The notes under the pieces: model-generated | Database searches by the model: none | What the model was told of the DNA's origin: nothing | Seen by the model: only the letters and a program-made list of their open reading frames with translations | Shown here: positions 49,030-58,735 of the stretch, one piece after another | Layout: each line of letters starts with the position of its first letter | Numbering within the stretch: position 1 is the first letter of the stretch | Virus record (IMG/VR): IMGVR_UViG_3300026442_000101 | DNA length: 64,000 nt | DNA from: a virus | Lineage: Duplodnaviria > Caudoviricetes | Direction: 5' to 3' (one strand) | Position numbers and translations under genes: made by a program

Positions 49030-49887
49030 TTACGACCGATACAGGTCTTTCACCAACATCTCAAGAGCAGGGTCGCGACGTTCCACAATAGTGGCGATCA
49101 CGAAGTCCTTGGTTGATGCAGGAGACCAGTTGTTCTTCTGGGCTACTTCGAGGACCCGTTTACGGATCTTGATCGGCATAGGCGAGAAGACCACCCCATC
49201 TCCAAACATCTGCAAGGTCATCCTATCAAATGGGATGTTAGGAGTCTCCTTACCGTTCTGGAGTTTGGTGTTCCACATAAGAGGTGTCTTCACAGAGCCC
49301 GTATGCGACTCTAGGAGCGCGAGAGAACTGAACCGGTACCTTTGTAGCAGGTCGATCGGATAGTGCGTCAGGATGAGCCCGTCGCCCTGTATATCGGGGA
49401 AATCGGTGACGTACTGGCTGATAGGCGTGGTCGCCTTGAAATCTTCGCGCAGATACTTAATCACCGCCGTCTCCAACTGCCAGTAGAACTTCTGAGCTGG
49501 CGTCTGGATAGGTTTGATGAGAGCCTTGCTGAACTTACGCCCCACGTCGATATGGGTGCAGTAATAAGTAGCAACGGCACAACGACCGTCACTGTGTTCA
49601 GCAACCACTGACTCGATAGTGCGGATCTCAGAAGCGATAGCCTCAGCGATCGTGTACTCTTCCAGCAGGGGGCGCTGTGAGGCCTCCAGCGTGTTGTACA
49701 GGTTGCGCAGCAATGTCCTGACGTTGAGCATCAGGATATCACGACGGCCGATCTCAGGAGCGTCTGTGGGCGCCTCAGGTAGGATACCAATTGCCGACTC
49801 GATCGCCAAGCTGGTCGGGATCGAAATGGGAAACTGACCCATCGTCCGGTCAGCAAGTAGTTCTCTCGAATAATCATCGGCAGCCAC
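49030..49887 (-). CDS. Conserved core protein (gp66-like; possible PIN/5'-nuclease fold)
   Basis: 285 aa; DILMLNVRTL and LTHYPIDLL segments; fold is inference. Confidence 0.55.
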   Translation of the reverse strand: MAADDYSRELLADRTMGQFPISIPTSLAIESAIGILPEAPTDAPEIGRRDILMLNVRTLLRNLYNTLEASQRPLLEEYTIAEAIASEIRTIESVVAEHSDGRCAVATYYCTHIDVGRKFSKALIKPIQTPAQKFYWQLETAVIKYLREDFKATTPISQYVTDFPDIQGDGLILTHYPIDLLQRYRFSSLALLESHTGSVKTPLMWNTKLQNGKETPNIPFDRMTLQMFGDGVVFSPMPIKIRKRVLEVAQKNNWSPASTKDFVIATIVERRDPALEMLVKDLYRS

Positions 49888-49905
49888 GGGTGACGCTCCT
49901 TATAA

Positions 49906-51078
49906 TCAGGCAGCCAACTCCATCTCGATGATCTTCATGACTTCTTCGTCAGTCACGTCAGAGAACCTTGGGAGCATCAGCTCTTTAAGGTTGTCTTCAC
50001 GGATGGACGTCATCACTGGAGTGTCGATCAGGTTGTCAGTCGTCTCGGCTCGTTCTTCGACCTCGATGACTTTGGTGCTGATGTTGAAATGGGGGAATAG
50101 GTTCTTGACGCGACTCAAGGCAGCATAAGCTTCGTCTTCTCGACTGAGCTTCAGACGGAAGTGGCTACCGTCAGGATGTTTGGCTACCTTATTAATCGCA
50201 CCCACGGTTTCGGCGTACGACTTACCTACCACATCTAGAGTCATCCATGTGGTGGCTGCGGTGTTAACCACAAAGGTTTCTTCAAGCACACTCTCGGTCG
50301 GCGACCAGGTGAAGAAGTAGAAGCCTTTGTCGTGTTCTTCGTTATGCCGCAAACGCTCGACTGAGCCGGGCACACGGATCTTTCCATTAGCCTCAGGATG
50401 GTGATGGTGGCCAATGATGATTCGATCGCGCACGATACCTTCGTACCGTTCTTCCAGGTGAGTGGCGATGCTGCGCACAGGTTCCTGGAATGTGAACATG
50501 CCGTGCATAACGGCGAAGTCCACCTTATCTAGCCCCTTCTCCTTCATCAAGCTGACGACTTGTTTCCACGTCTTGTTAGCATCGTGGTTAACTTCGTCTT
50601 GGATAAAGAGGAAGGTTGGGCCGCCCGGGAAGAGTTCATCAATGACGATGTTCTCGTAGTACCGGATATCTGCATTGGACTGCGTACTCTTGTTAGAGTG
50701 CAGGAACCAACGGGACTGGCGGTTGTCATGACTTGGCGTACCTTCGAGGATCAGCCATATCACGCTCTTACGTTTAGCCTGTCTGGACTTTCGGTCCATC
50801 CAGTCGCTGATGAGCAGAGCATCATCGCTATCGTGAGCTAGGCGCTTATCGAATAAGTCACCCGATACGATAACGACGTCGACTACCTCCATCACTTCAT
50901 CGGTCATGATGGCATCGCACGTCTCGATGACCTTACGGGTAGGCACCCGCCCATGACCCATGTGCACGTCACTGATGCAGAGGAAGTTCAGGCAGCCGCT
51001 AGGTGCGGCTACCGGAGTCCACTTGTTCAGATTGGCGAACTTAAGTTTGTGCTCAGAGTTCGTACTCTTCATCTTCAT
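49906..51078 (-). CDS. Mre11/SbcD-like metallophosphoesterase nuclease
   Basis: SDVHMGH, SGDLFD, GTPSHD, HG, GHHH, PGSVERL; start reset to ATG 51078. Confidence 0.85.
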   Translation of the reverse strand: MKMKSTNSEHKLKFANLNKWTPVAAPSGCLNFLCISDVHMGHGRVPTRKVIETCDAIMTDEVMEVVDVVIVSGDLFDKRLAHDSDDALLISDWMDRKSRQAKRKSVIWLILEGTPSHDNRQSRWFLHSNKSTQSNADIRYYENIVIDELFPGGPTFLFIQDEVNHDANKTWKQVVSLMKEKGLDKVDFAVMHGMFTFQEPVRSIATHLEERYEGIVRDRIIIGHHHHPEANGKIRVPGSVERLRHNEEHDKGFYFFTWSPTESVLEETFVVNTAATTWMTLDVVGKSYAETVGAINKVAKHPDGSHFRLKLSREDEAYAALSRVKNLFPHFNISTKVIEVEERAETTDNLIDTPVMTSIREDNLKELMLPRFSDVTDEEVMKIIEMELAA

Positions 51079-51730
51079 CGATTCCAGCATCGGGCTTCGG
51101 CAAGGCAGCTGGAGTGGCCTTAGCGTCACGTCGGTTGAGTTCGGCTTCCACATCAGCCGCCATCTCACCGAGAAGCTCGCTCAATGGTAGATTGTAGCGA
51201 TGGTAGATGTGGACCAGCGTCACCAAGTGACGGGTACGCTCTACGTGTTCGGTCTTCGGTTCGAGAATCTCTACCAGCTCGTTCTCTACCTCGAAGGCTT
51301 TACGTTGATCGCCGTTATCGAACATGTGGCCTTGCATATCCACCAGCTGGTGGATAGAGACCATGCCTTCCGCGCCTTTCTTGTTTCGAGGCGGGATGTC
51401 CATAAATAAAGGCGGGGCGGTAAAGAGTAACTGACCCCTGGCGTCGGCTACGCTCAGCGAGTTGTTCAACCCACCGGCGAGGTTAAACCAGATGCCCGGT
51501 TCTGCTGGATCTTTGGGATCGTTCTTCACCCACTTGCGCAGGATCGGCAGCAGTACGTTGACGAAGTAAGGCTCGGGGACATAACGCTGACGCCTTGCGC
51601 TTTCTTCGTTGATCTCGGATACGGCACCATCCATGGACTGGAGGCCGGCCATGATCATTTCCTGATAGATCTTCGAGCCCTTGTCTACTGGCTGCTTCTT
51701 ATCTTCAGGCTTTTTCGTGGGTTCGGACAT
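51053..51730 (-). CDS. Conserved hypothetical protein
   Basis: 225 aa from ATG 51730 (AGGAG RBS). Confidence 0.65.
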   Translation of the reverse strand: MSEPTKKPEDKKQPVDKGSKIYQEMIMAGLQSMDGAVSEINEESARRQRYVPEPYFVNVLLPILRKWVKNDPKDPAEPGIWFNLAGGLNNSLSVADARGQLLFTAPPLFMDIPPRNKKGAEGMVSIHQLVDMQGHMFDNGDQRKAFEVENELVEILEPKTEHVERTRHLVTLVHIYHRYNLPLSELLGEMAADVEAELNRRDAKATPAALPKPDAGIDEDEEYEL

Positions 51731-51772
51731 AAAGACTCCTAATGCCCGGCCGGAGCCGGGCACCGCAGATGG

Positions 51773-52285
51773 TTACTTCTGCTCGACGCCGTTGGCGATG
51801 GCCAGCAGGTCGGCACCTTCTTGCGCGGCCGCGTCAACGGCTTTGCTGGTGGTGATGTACCAGGTTTCGTTGACGACGGTGGCTTTGGCCAGGACGAAGC
51901 TGCTCAGGGCTTCCAGCTTCTGCGCAGGGTTGCGTTCGTCGGCAACGATCTCGGTCCAGGCTGGAGCGTCAGCATCGGTCTGCTGCAGCTGGTAGAAGCG
52001 GACGCCCAGCTCTTCTTCGGTCTTCTGGAAGACCTGAGCTTTGATGCAGCCAGGGAACGGCGCCTTGACCAGGATCAGGCGGTTCATGTCCTTCTCCAGA
52101 CGCTCACGGTCATTGGTCAGGGCACGGGCCAGGCCGGAGACGACGACCTGGGCAAGCAGGGTCTGGTTTTCAGTGATGTTCAGGAACTTCGACACCGCAC
52201 CGGCGATGTAGTGATCCAGCTGTTCCGGGGTTTCCGGGAAGAGGATGATTTTCGGTTCTTCGATGTGGGCTTGAGCTTCGGACAT
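51773..52285 (-). CDS. Hypothetical protein
   Basis: 170 aa with strong phage codon bias and AAGG RBS. Confidence 0.65.
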   Translation of the reverse strand: MSEAQAHIEEPKIILFPETPEQLDHYIAGAVSKFLNITENQTLLAQVVVSGLARALTNDRERLEKDMNRLILVKAPFPGCIKAQVFQKTEEELGVRFYQLQQTDADAPAWTEIVADERNPAQKLEALSSFVLAKATVVNETWYITTSKAVDAAAQEGADLLAIANGVEQK

Positions 52286-52294
52286 GATCTTACC

Positions 52295-52717
52295 TTAGGC
52301 GGCGTTGTAAACGGTCACTTCGTTCGTCATGTTGACGATCGACTTGAGTTTGGAATTATTGATCGACAGGGAGTACCCAACGCTGGTCGGGTTAGTGTTG
52401 ATGCTCTCTCCGTCGCTTACTATTGCGTCAATTTGTAAAGAAATACCTGGATCAGTATCGTCGGCTTTGATCTCGACCTGAACGCTGGTAAAGAACTTCT
52501 GGAGATATTCCTGAAGATCGAGCTGTAGTTCACGGGTGACGTCAATAGCGTCGTCCCCGTACATCTGGATGATCTTGGTCAGTGATGAGATCTGACCGAC
52601 GTAGAACGTGGTTTGACTGTGTTTAGAAAAGAAGTAGCAGCACATCAGGTAATCGACCTTACGGTCAACGTCTGCAATAAGGCCTTCTTTTCCGAGGGTG
52701 ATCACATCGACAGACAT
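52295..52717 (-). CDS. Conserved chimallivirus core protein
   Basis: 140 aa; YFFSKHSQT..GQISSL motif; position in nucleus block. Confidence 0.6.
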   Translation of the reverse strand: MSVDVITLGKEGLIADVDRKVDYLMCCYFFSKHSQTTFYVGQISSLTKIIQMYGDDAIDVTRELQLDLQEYLQKFFTSVQVEIKADDTDPGISLQIDAIVSDGESINTNPTSVGYSLSINNSKLKSIVNMTNEVTVYNAA

Positions 52718-52755
52718 GGCTATTACCCGGCAGTGGTGGACATCCTATTGGGAAC

Positions 52756-52797
52756 AAAAAAAAAGAAGTGAGGGGATGGTGGCTTTCGCCACCATCC
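52756..52797 (-). terminator. Intrinsic terminator
   Basis: Stem GGATGGTGGC/GCCACCATCC (52774-52797) and T9 tract on minus strand. Confidence 0.85.
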
Positions 52798-52803
52798 TTT
52801 CGG

Positions 52804-53268
52804 TCAGTACACTGGATAGTGAACTGCAACCATACCACCATCTTTAGACATACGAATGGTTGTAAGCTTTCCGTTTCGCATGGTGTAATTGAGGACGACA
52901 CGGTTGTCGGCTGAGTGCAGCAATTCGATCAGGTTGCGATAGAGCTTATTCGGCTCCAGCTGTTCGATGAGTCCGGCACGCCAGAGTTCTACCACCTTAT
53001 CATAAGCTGCGTCGCCTGTCTCACGATAGTACTTCGAGGCATCGTACCAGAAGGTCCGCTTGAACGGCACACCCTTCTTGATGTAGCCGTAGTGGATGCA
53101 GAGCTCGCCGACTTTCTTAGGCTGGCCGTAATCGGTAGTCCAACGGAAGTTCTCGATACCTTCTGCGGTAAAGAGGTCCTCGATATCTCGCCTATCCTTG
53201 ACCTTGATGTGGGATTCGATCTCACGGTAGGCTGCCTGGAATCTTTCCATTGATTTTTCCACAACCAC
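52804..53268 (-). CDS. Hypothetical protein, member 3 of tandem paralogue trio
   Basis: ~154 aa; shares DR..I, F....Y/F...G and Y.+R..KL....S..G+...P patterns with the two upstream ORFs. Confidence 0.65.
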   Translation of the reverse strand: MVVEKSMERFQAAYREIESHIKVKDRRDIEDLFTAEGIENFRWTTDYGQPKKVGELCIHYGYIKKGVPFKRTFWYDASKYYRETGDAAYDKVVELWRAGLIEQLEPNKLYRNLIELLHSADNRVVLNYTMRNGKLTTIRMSKDGGMVAVHYPVY

Positions 53269-53272
53269 TTCC

Positions 53273-53743
53273 TTATTTAGGCCAGCGGACCTTTACCAGG
53301 CCTTTATAACGAGACAGAGTGGACTGCACCAACTTGTCGTCCCTGAGCTGATAGTTGAATACCGCGTCATCAACGTTATCATCGCCCATGTGCATAACAC
53401 CGAACAGAACTTCAAGCAACTGGGGGTTGTCAACATCAGCAAACTTGCCGGTGGCGTCTAGGTTGCCGATGGTTTCGAATACATTCCGACCGGTATCACG
53501 CCAGAACGTGGTGTCGTCGATATAGAAGCATCGTTCGGTTTCGCGCCGTTTGGTCTTGAAGAATACCGAAACTTCGATCGCGTTATACCGATTTCCGAAA
53601 GCACTGCTGCGGAAAGTTACCGACGTGATGTCAGGTTTCTTCAACTCTTTAAGTAGTTCTCTGATGATGGTGCGGTCATGGATAGTGAAGTGGTTGAACT
53701 TGGTATTGAAGTAAGCTTCGAATGCTTCTACGTGCTTATTCAC
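53273..53743 (-). CDS. Hypothetical protein, member 2 of tandem paralogue trio
   Basis: 156 aa; VEAFEAYFNTKFNHFTIHDRTIIRELLKELKKP. Confidence 0.7.
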   Translation of the reverse strand: MNKHVEAFEAYFNTKFNHFTIHDRTIIRELLKELKKPDITSVTFRSSAFGNRYNAIEVSVFFKTKRRETERCFYIDDTTFWRDTGRNVFETIGNLDATGKFADVDNPQLLEVLFGVMHMGDDNVDDAVFNYQLRDDKLVQSTLSRYKGLVKVRWPK

Positions 53744-53756
53744 GCGGGTAGTCCTT

Positions 53757-54239
53757 TTAGTCCAGTGGATACATGGTGCGAATCATGCCGTTGCGGCTAT
53801 GAAGGTAAATATAGATCAGTCTATCGCCAATCAAATGCCATTGCAGGTAGCAATCGTTGGTCATGAATAAATCCTTGCGCGCACCCATGGTAGCTCGCAG
53901 GGCGTGCGTCAAACCTTTACAGAGGTTCTCAACAAGGTTGGGTGTCTTCAGCAGATCTTCTAGGGCGTTGGTAACGTCCTGACCTTCTGCCTTGAAGTAC
54001 TTCTCGCTGGAGAATTGGAAATGTCTTCCACGACCTTCCAGCGGTGTCTCGTACTGGATGTGGAGACTCTTGAGGTCAGAATTTATCGCCAACCCTCCGT
54101 GAGTCCACCACTTTACAAACTTGTATTCAGGCTTCTTGACGTTAGAGATCATTGCTTCGATCTCTGGCCGGTCATTCAGCTTGAAGTGATCACGATTCTC
54201 GTTGTAGTAAGCTTCCAGTGTCTCTATGCAGGTACCCAC
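53757..54239 (-). CDS. Hypothetical protein, member 1 of tandem paralogue trio
   Basis: 160 aa; IETLEAYYNENRDHFKLNDRPEIEAMISNVKKP; AGGAG RBS. Confidence 0.7.
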   Translation of the reverse strand: MGTCIETLEAYYNENRDHFKLNDRPEIEAMISNVKKPEYKFVKWWTHGGLAINSDLKSLHIQYETPLEGRGRHFQFSSEKYFKAEGQDVTNALEDLLKTPNLVENLCKGLTHALRATMGARKDLFMTNDCYLQWHLIGDRLIYIYLHSRNGMIRTMYPLD

Positions 54240-54258
54240 ACCGTTCTCCTAAGGTCAA

Positions 54259-54285
54259 GGGCATAAAGGCGGGATTACTCCCGCC
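54259..54285 (-). terminator. Short hairpin with TATGCCC variant
   Basis: Stem GGCGGGA/TCCCGCC (54268-54285). Confidence 0.5.
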
Positions 54286-54292
54286 GATATGT

Positions 54293-54913
54293 TTACAGGG
54301 TCTTTCTAAGTGGGCTGGTTGGATCTTGTTTACCTTGATCCAGAAGGTCATACAGCACCTTCCACGAATCCCTGACAGTGTGCTTCTCGACAACGCTCAG
54401 TGGAGCATCGCCGTGTTCGTCACAAACCCCCATGAATGTAGTGAACCGGTCTTCACCATCCACCACTTCATGCGCGCCGTTCATTACTTCACGATACGGC
54501 GTATGGTCTCTGCCAAGTGCTCCAGGCTCCTCGTCTTCGTACAACCGTCCATAGCCGTCCAGGCGCCCCAGTTGGTAGAGGCGGCGGATCCGGGTATCAG
54601 CCATGATGTATTTCCGGTTGACAGACTTGGCATTCTGAGCAGCGCTGAGAGACATGATCGGACCAATCCGATCTTCTTCCCAACGTTTGTGGAAGCGATC
54701 CCGCATCCCTTCGACTTTGTCGCGCAGCCGACCTAGATCGAAGCTCGCCAATTTCTCACTTGCGCTACGCAGGAAGTCGGAAGCATAGCTACCGGCCGAT
54801 CGCATTGCGCTGTCCATTCGTTCGCGAAGAAAGCTCAAGTCATCGCGACTCATGATACCGTGAGTACTGGCGTGGATGACATCATCGTCATCCGTGTCCA
54901 TCAGGTACGCCAT
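54293..54913 (-). CDS. Conserved core protein downstream of RNAP beta' (possibly phiKZ gp59/Imp3-like)
   Basis: 206 aa from ATG 54913 (GGGAG RBS); KYIMADTRIRRLY...LDGY motif; numbering by synteny only. Confidence 0.6.
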   Translation of the reverse strand: MAYLMDTDDDDVIHASTHGIMSRDDLSFLRERMDSAMRSAGSYASDFLRSASEKLASFDLGRLRDKVEGMRDRFHKRWEEDRIGPIMSLSAAQNAKSVNRKYIMADTRIRRLYQLGRLDGYGRLYEDEEPGALGRDHTPYREVMNGAHEVVDGEDRFTTFMGVCDEHGDAPLSVVEKHTVRDSWKVLYDLLDQGKQDPTSPLRKTL

Positions 54914-54914
54914 G

Positions 54915-56423
54915 TTATCTCCCCATTGGTACAGACAGATCGTCACCTTCCTCAAGACGCGCGTTGATTGTCGAGAGAACCGGCGAAGGAATCGCCGCGT
55001 GACCACCCACCCTGAACGACTTCTTGAAGTCCATGAAACCGGTCGAAGGTTTCATACGCGCCATAGCCTCAGCCATTGCGTTGTCCAGAGCCAGCTGACC
55101 GGACATGTAGTCACCGTCAAAGTCAGCGTTAGGTGCTACCAGGCACAGAACCGAAATGCTGGTACTAAGCTGGGTAGGGTCTCGTTTAATTCGGTCGATG
55201 TAGAAGAACTGAGTAGATCCTCGCTTCAACGACGGGAACCGGGTGAACGTGCACGGAATGCCGCGACCACCAGGCGATTCTGCAATCAGCTCATCGAAGA
55301 TCCTTTCCAGGGTAGGATGAGTGCGCAGGGTATTATCGTAGATCAGCGTGAGCATTTCGTTCGGAGTATACTCGTTACTCCGGCTCAGCTTATTCGCGAT
55401 ATGTAGTTTGAAGGTCAGCACGGACGCACCCCATGGAGTTTCCAGGGATTCGTGGTCGTGCGGTTTGTGGTTCGATGTGATTACGGTCCGGAAGGTGAAG
55501 TGTGGACTCACCCCAAAGACCAGCTTACGCAGAATACCCTTCTTATCGAAGATCTTCAGATGTTCGTTTCCGGAGTAGTACAGCGTGAGCTTATTGGTGG
55601 CTCTCGCTACACGGCTTTCCAGATCCGTGAGGCTGGTGCGTCTGGCCGATGTTACGTTAGCCAGGTTGATCAGCGCATTGAGCGCTGGTGCCATCTTAGG
55701 GTCTACGTAGGTGCGCTCACCCACATCCTCGATGATGAAGCCGATCTTGGATGGGAACGGGATATGCTTACACCAGACCAGGCGGCGGTGAATGTCCAGG
55801 AACCGATTGGTCGACGCACCCTTGGCAGCTGTGACGTAATGACGGCTGGCGGTTAGGCCATCCATGATCTTGTCAAAGTTGTTGTAGAAGTGAGTCAGGC
55901 CACGCTTACCGCCTGAGATGTTCAGGAGGATCTGCTCTTCCTTGCTGTTCAGCTTTGGCGGCCGATACTTGGGGTCGAGTAGATAGTCGATCGCACTGAA
56001 GCCGCTCTTGGTAAAGCGTACTTTCAGCAAGCGATAGATCGTCAGGTTCATGAAGGCCGGAAGACCATCAGGTGCTCTTACCCAGACGATTGGTTCGATG
56101 GATTGTTCGGTGATCGGTAGAACCTCGAAGCCGCAATGACGACATTTGTCATTCATGCGACTCCCGCCTTTAGTCTTACGACACGGGCAGGACGGTACGT
56201 TGGAGAACACGTCACCATCGTAGCGAGAATACACCAGATCGTTGAAACGGGCTTTGCCGGCGTCGGTGCTCAGATCCAGGTCATTAGCCAGGATAGGCGA
56301 AACATCCAGCTTGGTGAAGATCGCGTCAAGATCCTCGATGATCGGATAGATACCCCGACGTCCCTGATATCGTGGTCTGGGTTCGTAGATATCGTAAGTG
56401 ATCAGTTCATGCATGGTGCCCAT
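54915..56423 (-). CDS. Non-virion RNA polymerase beta' N-part with catalytic site (phiKZ gp55-56.1-like), uninterrupted
   Basis: CPC...CRHC Zn finger, RFPSL, catalytic NADFDGD. Confidence 0.92.
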   Translation of the reverse strand: MGTMHELITYDIYEPRPRYQGRRGIYPIIEDLDAIFTKLDVSPILANDLDLSTDAGKARFNDLVYSRYDGDVFSNVPSCPCRKTKGGSRMNDKCRHCGFEVLPITEQSIEPIVWVRAPDGLPAFMNLTIYRLLKVRFTKSGFSAIDYLLDPKYRPPKLNSKEEQILLNISGGKRGLTHFYNNFDKIMDGLTASRHYVTAAKGASTNRFLDIHRRLVWCKHIPFPSKIGFIIEDVGERTYVDPKMAPALNALINLANVTSARRTSLTDLESRVARATNKLTLYYSGNEHLKIFDKKGILRKLVFGVSPHFTFRTVITSNHKPHDHESLETPWGASVLTFKLHIANKLSRSNEYTPNEMLTLIYDNTLRTHPTLERIFDELIAESPGGRGIPCTFTRFPSLKRGSTQFFYIDRIKRDPTQLSTSISVLCLVAPNADFDGDYMSGQLALDNAMAEAMARMKPSTGFMDFKKSFRVGGHAAIPSPVLSTINARLEEGDDLSVPMGR

Positions 56424-56432
56424 CTCCGAAGT

Positions 56433-56470
56433 AAAAGAAAAAGAAAGAGGAGGTGGGAATCCCCACCTCC
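56433..56470 (-). terminator. Intrinsic terminator after chimallin
   Basis: Stem GGAGGTGGG/CCCACCTCC (56449-56470), long T/C tract downstream on minus strand. Confidence 0.85.
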
Positions 56471-56494
56471 CTTCTCACTTCAGCAGATCACGAC

Positions 56495-58561
56495 TTAGTA
56501 GTCGCGGCCACCGAACAGACCACTGCCACCGCGGCGATCGTTGCGGTCGCGGCTGTCGCGGTCGGAACCACGGCGGCGTACGACACCAACGTCCGAAGCG
56601 GACAGGCTGGAGTAGCGGCTGTTGCCTGCGTGGCGACGTGCGTTCAGACCGTCGGACGAGGTTTGGTAGCTGGACATGTTGGCTGCATCGATTGCGAGCG
56701 ACAGCGCCTCGATGTAGTCAGGGTCGAAGGCCAGCATTTCGGCGGTGTCAACCACGCGGATGCCAGGTACGACTTGCTGCTGCATGCGGTAGCGCTCGGA
56801 CAGGTTGTAGCCCAGGCCGTGGTAGGTGTCCTCGAAGGTGTACTGGAAGTCAGCGGCACGATCCGCGTTCTTCTCACCGTACGAGGTCAGCATCGACTGA
56901 ACGTTCCACTCGCGCAGGTCGCGGGTGTTGCCCTTGTCGTCAACCCAGGTGCCGATCAGCACGCGAGTACCCATGGATTCAACCGGCACGCGATCGGAGT
57001 CGCTGCCAACCAGTTTCTTCCATTCGCGGCGGAAGTGGCCGTCGGTCAGAACGTCGGCGCTGTCGAACAGCACGCCAACCAGGGCTTTGACTTCGTCGCG
57101 GTCTTTCGAGGTAGCGATACGCTCGAAGATGCTCAGAACCCAGGACTTCTCGCCGGAGGACGGGATGGTCAGACCGAATGCCAGGTCAGGCAGAACGGTG
57201 ATGTCCAGGTAGTCCAGCAGCTCGTCGTCGGTCATGTTCTGACTGACGTCGTCGTAGACCTTGGCCAGGTCCTTGTCCGGGTGCAGCAACATCAGGTTCT
57301 CGATGTGGCTGGTCGGAGCCATGGTGCCACCGCCTGGCGCAGCGATTGCGGCGCGTGGGCGCAGCAGGTTGGCCGAGCGGTTGTCGTTCGACTGAACGGC
57401 GATCTGAGCCAGCAGCAATTGTGCCAGTTCCAGACTGAACGGGAAGTTCCCCGCCGGAGCGATGGAGTTCACGTTCATGACGCCCTGCCAGAACGGCTCG
57501 AGCTGGTCACGGTTGTTGCGACCACGGCCACGGCCACGGCGGCGACCACGATCTTCACCACCCGAGCTATCCACCAGCACCAGGTCGAGACCGGCACGGA
57601 TTTCGCCCATCGGGGTACGATCGTAACGCTCGTCGTCGTCACGGCTTGCTTCGCTGTAGTACAGCGTCGCGGTCACGTCGGAACGGATCTGCAGACCGCT
57701 GGAGTCTTCGCCCGGTTTGCCCGAGTTGTCCCAGCTGGTTTCCAGACGCGCGCCTTTGCCGATCATGTTCGGGTTCAGGCGGATCTGGCTGTTACGCTTG
57801 CCACTGATGCGATCGACGATGTTCTCGCGAACGCCGCACAGCGCGTCCAGAACGTTGTCGAAGATGCGGTCGATGACCGGCGATGGGGTCTTGCTGTCGA
57901 CGTCGCCCAGCTTGCCGACGACGCTGGTGAGCAGAACCTGCTTGCCCACGACCTGGATCTTCGAGTTGACCAGCAGGCCACGCACTTGATCTTCGATCGC
58001 TTCGCGATACGCCTTGGTGCCCAGCTGATCTTCCGGCAGAACCAGAGCGTCGTAGCTGTCGCCGCGGTCGGTCGACTGGCGGGTTTGCACGCCGTTGGCG
58101 TTCTCGATGGTCAGCACGTACACCAGGGTGTAGTTGCTGGAACCGATGGTGGTTGGCAGAACGACCAGAACCGAGCTCAGGCTGGAGCGAGCAAGCGCAC
58201 CGTCCAGAGGCAGGATCTTGAAGCGATCACGGCGGATGGCTTCCGGCACGTTCGGCTTGTCGAAGGTTTTGTTCGCATCGAATGCCTGGATCAGGCGCTG
58301 GAGGGCTACGTCGCCCAGACCGCCGGAGGTTGGACGCACGTTGAACGCACGGCCCATGTCGGCGATGGTGAAACCACGTTGCTTGCCATCATCTTCATCA
58401 TCGCGGCGGTCACGGCCACGACGCTCTTCACGATCGCCGGAGCGGGTATCGCGATCGCTGCTGCGGCGCTCTTCGCGCGGCTGTTCACGACGATCATCAC
58501 CGGAGCCGGACTTGCTGCCGCCTTCACCCAGTTCGAAATCGTTGTCTTGGTTGTCGCTCAT
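56495..58561 (-). CDS. chmA: Chimallin, phage nuclear shell protein
   Basis: 688 aa immediately upstream of RNAP beta' (canonical block); RVLIGTWVDDKGNTRDLRE and LAFGLTIPSSG segments; own promoter and terminator; highly-expressed codon bias. Confidence 0.85.
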   Translation of the reverse strand: MSDNQDNDFELGEGGSKSGSGDDRREQPREERRSSDRDTRSGDREERRGRDRRDDEDDGKQRGFTIADMGRAFNVRPTSGGLGDVALQRLIQAFDANKTFDKPNVPEAIRRDRFKILPLDGALARSSLSSVLVVLPTTIGSSNYTLVYVLTIENANGVQTRQSTDRGDSYDALVLPEDQLGTKAYREAIEDQVRGLLVNSKIQVVGKQVLLTSVVGKLGDVDSKTPSPVIDRIFDNVLDALCGVRENIVDRISGKRNSQIRLNPNMIGKGARLETSWDNSGKPGEDSSGLQIRSDVTATLYYSEASRDDDERYDRTPMGEIRAGLDLVLVDSSGGEDRGRRRGRGRGRNNRDQLEPFWQGVMNVNSIAPAGNFPFSLELAQLLLAQIAVQSNDNRSANLLRPRAAIAAPGGGTMAPTSHIENLMLLHPDKDLAKVYDDVSQNMTDDELLDYLDITVLPDLAFGLTIPSSGEKSWVLSIFERIATSKDRDEVKALVGVLFDSADVLTDGHFRREWKKLVGSDSDRVPVESMGTRVLIGTWVDDKGNTRDLREWNVQSMLTSYGEKNADRAADFQYTFEDTYHGLGYNLSERYRMQQQVVPGIRVVDTAEMLAFDPDYIEALSLAIDAANMSSYQTSSDGLNARRHAGNSRYSSLSASDVGVVRRRGSDRDSRDRNDRRGGSGLFGGRDY

Positions 58562-58735
58562 ACTTCACTCCTAAATGTGCACATGTGCGAAATGATTAAT
58601 GTACAGCTTCCCCTATCGCATCGGGGATTCCCGTTAGCTAACCCACCGTCGTGAGCCATACAGGCTTTTGACTTCCCGGCGTACCACCGGGTATCGTTGG
58701 GCGAATGTTCAACATCATGCTGCTCACTCATCAGG

